Origin: an uncultured Acidobacteriaceae bacterium
GTDB taxonomy: Bacteria > Acidobacteriota > Terriglobia > Terriglobales > Acidobacteriaceae
Direction: 5' to 3'
DNA: 64,000 bases
Assembly: GCA_963780515.1 (NCBI GenBank)
Contig: CAWACG010000006.1
Location: forward strand, 8,054 to 72,053
Shown here: one piece after another, positions 61,322-64,000 of the stretch
Layout: every line of letters starts with the position of its first letter
How positions within the stretch are numbered: position 1 is the stretch's first letter
Made by a program: the position numbers and the translations under genes
Notes under the pieces: generated by a model
What the model saw: only the letters and a program-made list of their open reading frames with translations
What the model was told of the DNA's origin: nothing
Database searches by the model: none

Positions 61322-61525
61322 CTATGCGACCGCGACTTCCACAATGCGGCCCTCTTCACTGCGAGCCAACTCCTCAGCCGCATCGACATATTCGCGGATA
61401 GCTACGCGAATATTCGCGAGCGCCTCTTCCTCGGTCGTACCCTGCGACCAGCATCCAGGCAGGCCGGGGCAGGAGACGCTGTAGCCTTCTTCAGATTGGT
61501 GAAGAACTACGCGATAGTTAGCCAT
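61322..61525 (-). CDS. hicB: HicB-family antitoxin (short form)
   Basis: GYSVSCPGLPGCWSQGTTEEEALANIRVAI. Confidence 0.88.
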   Translation of the reverse strand: MANYRVVLHQSEEGYSVSCPGLPGCWSQGTTEEEALANIRVAIREYVDAAEELARSEEGRIVEVAVA

Positions 61526-61580
61526 ACAAGTTATGGTACACCTATCCCGATTGCAGCGACCGCTTGTCGCAAAGCACACC

Positions 61581-62575
61581 TCACCGCCCCGCCCACGCCA
61601 GCCCATCCGAAGCCTTCCCCGTCACAATCTGCCGCGTCACCTTCCACGCCCCAGATCAATCTCCGCCACCAGCCCCGAGCCGGGGCATGACACCCACGCC
61701 TTCTTCCCATCCGGCTGCACAATCACTTCCTCCGGATCCGCCGGCGTCTCCACAGAGCGCGCCACCTGCATCGTCTTCAAATCCACAACCTGAATCTCGT
61801 TCTTCTTCGGCACCGTCATCAGCAGCCATTTTCCGTCCAAAGTTGCCACGCTGCCATAGCCCAGCCCATCCAGCGGAACCCACTTCACCACTTCATTCGA
61901 TGCCGTATCAATCACTGCCATACGAGGCCGTGTCTGGTCCGCCGTAAACACCCACTTGTCGTCCAGTGAAATCGAAATCCTCTGCGTGTTCCCCGACACA
62001 GGAATAATCTTCAGCGTCTTGCGCGCCGCCATATCCAGCACACTCACCGTGCCCGGCCCCACGTTGGCCGTGTAGCCGCGCCGCCCATCGTGCGAGATCG
62101 CCAGCATGTGGCTCTCCGCCTGTCCCGTCGGAATCGACCCCACTATCGTCAGCGTCTTCGGATCGATCACCGTGATGGCCTTGTCCAGCTCGGTCGTCAC
62201 ATACAGCAGCCCATCCTTCGGCCCGAAAACCGGCAGGTGCGGCCGCACGCCATGACCAAAATCGACGTTGCCCACTACCTTCCCGCTGGCAATATCGATC
62301 ACCACCATGTTGCGGCCATCGGTCCCCGGGGCGCCCACGCCGGAATTCCCATAAATCGGCACATACGCCAGCCGCCCGTCCGCCGATGCCGCCACCTCGT
62401 GCCCGGTGATGCCGCCCTCCGGTACAGAAGCCAGCAGCTTCCCCGCCACTGGATCAACAATCCCCAGGCTGCCAAGCCCCTTCTGCGCCACCAGCAGCCG
62501 TGCGTCCTGCGCGTGACTCGAAAAAGCAAACATCGCAATCAAAAGCAGAGGAATTACCAAACGGATCGCTTTCAT
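61581..62575 (-). CDS. secreted YncE/YVTN beta-propeller protein (apparent frameshift ~61650)
   Basis: Signal peptide and propeller repeats. One added G gives AWKVTRQIVTGKASDGLAWAGR and a stop at 61581. Confidence 0.8.
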
Positions 62576-62629
62576 TCAGGGCCTCCGGGAACTACCCAAC
62601 GAATATATCGCAGAGGCCAATCGATCCCC

Positions 62630-63064
62630 CTACCCGTGCGCCGCCCACGGATCATACGTCCCCGCACTCCACGAGTTGCCCTCCGGGTCTTTCACACTGA
62701 ACTCCCGGCTGCCGTAATCCGTGTTTTGCAGCGGACGCACAATCGTCCCTCCCGCCGCCACGGCGCGTGCGTGCGCCGCATCGGCATCCGTCACCACGAT
62801 GTACGCGCCGCGCGTCTCCACTCCACCCAGTTCCTGCGGAGTTTTGAAGCCGCGCCCGTACTCATCGTCCTTCACCGAGCCCAGCATGATCATGCCGCCG
62901 CCCAGCGTCAGCTCCGCATGGGCAATCGTTCCGTCGGGATTTGCGTACACCGCGTGCCGCTCAAATCCAAAAACCTGGCAAAGCCAGTCAATCGCCGCCG
63001 GCGCATTGCGATAGCGAAGCGCCGGCATAATCGTCGATGGCGAATTTGTCGTCGTTCCTGCCAT
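62630..63064 (-). CDS. VOC / glyoxalase-family protein
   Basis: AAIDWLCQVFGF, HAEL and YGSREFSVKDPEGNSW motifs; GAGGAGG SD. Confidence 0.9.
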   Translation of the reverse strand: MAGTTTNSPSTIMPALRYRNAPAAIDWLCQVFGFERHAVYANPDGTIAHAELTLGGGMIMLGSVKDDEYGRGFKTPQELGGVETRGAYIVVTDADAAHARAVAAGGTIVRPLQNTDYGSREFSVKDPEGNSWSAGTYDPWAAHG

Positions 63065-63165
63065 AAAACCTCCTCGGTTGCATTCAAACTACCGCACTAA
63101 TATGGCAGCCAACCCAAACGTCGATCTTGGAAAAATCGGAAATTCCCAACGCATTTTAACCGGCC

Positions 63166-63994
63166 CTACTCAACCGCGATATGGTTCGCCCATCGCGTCC
63201 GCCGCGCGGAATACGTGGTCGCATCAATTCCCGAGAAGGCGCGAAATTCGTTGGCAAAGTGCGACTGGTCATAGAACCCGCAATCGAGCGCCAGTTCCGC
63301 CCATCGCACGTCGCCGCCCGCGTGCAGTTGCTGCACCGCGCGCTGAAATCGCTGCACCCGGCACCACGTCTTCGGCGAAAGGCCAACCGCCTCGCGAAAC
63401 ACCTGCGAGAACCGGCGCTCGCTCCAGCCCGTCTGCTTCGCCATCTCCCGCACCGTCGCCATCCCCGGCGCGCAGTCAAACCCCCGCACCGCAAACGCAA
63501 CCTCACCAGCCCGCCGCTTTCCACGCTGTGCAAGCTGCACGGCAAAACGCTCGTGTCAGAAATCGCTCCAGAAAACTCAGCCGCGTGCGCACATCGGCAA
63601 TCTCCCGCAGCCGATCGCGCAATGAACGCGCTGTCGCGCCCCACGCATCCTCAAGCGGCACGCTGCGATTGCTGAACAAATCCACCGCGTCTGAAACAAA
63701 AGGCGCAAATCCGCCGGGCTCGAAGACAATCCCAATCAGGTCTGCCATGTCCGAGTTGTCCACAATTTCGTAAACAGACCGCGCGCCCACCACCAGCGAC
63801 GGCGGCATCCTTAAGTCGTTCCGGCCCTCGGGGCAGTCAAGCAGAAAATCGCGTGCCAGGTTCAGGATTACCTGCACGCACCCAGTCGGCAAAATCCGCT
63901 CGCGCCGATGCGCGGCATTGCCGGCCTGCGCATACCAAAGCGTGCGGACAAATCCGCTCAGCGGGGCGGCGGGAATGCGCTCCAGGTAAAGCAC
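63166..63994 (-). CDS. AraC-family regulator with DUF6597-like N-terminus (apparent frameshift ~63553; start near the window edge)
   Basis: ERILPTG N-terminal domain; VGLSPK...WAELALDCGFYDQSHFANEFRAFSG HTH. Confidence 0.85.
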
Positions 63995-64000
63995 GGCGAC

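Overview
GC-rich bacterial chromosomal window, mostly housekeeping genes. Gene content points to Acidobacteriota (Acidobacteriaceae-like; inferred from the duplicated orphan permease, HEAT-repeat anti-sigma, hpnI, tricorn/S9 peptidases and repeat families). It holds a pentose-phosphate operon (GH15-tkt-rpiB-HAD-gnd-zwf), an ECF sigma / anti-sigma / protease-less PDZ triad, cysK, a PLP decarboxylase, sod, mtgA, dCTP deaminase, folP, dacB, lipA, frr, gcvT, dut, a long RNase P RNA, lipB, a 2-oxoacid dehydrogenase E2 and a hicBA toxin-antitoxin pair. No tRNA, rRNA, CRISPR, transposase or prophage was found. At least eight genes, including frr, carry small frameshifts that look like assembly indels. 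The least explained signals are non-coding: inverted pairs of 7-8 bp tandem arrays at operon junctions, several REP/MITE-like families (some in frame inside lipB and the E2 linkers), a 63 bp array that looks like nested insertions, a 15 bp inverted-repeat element, and -10 boxes directly ahead of many start codons (apparently leaderless genes).
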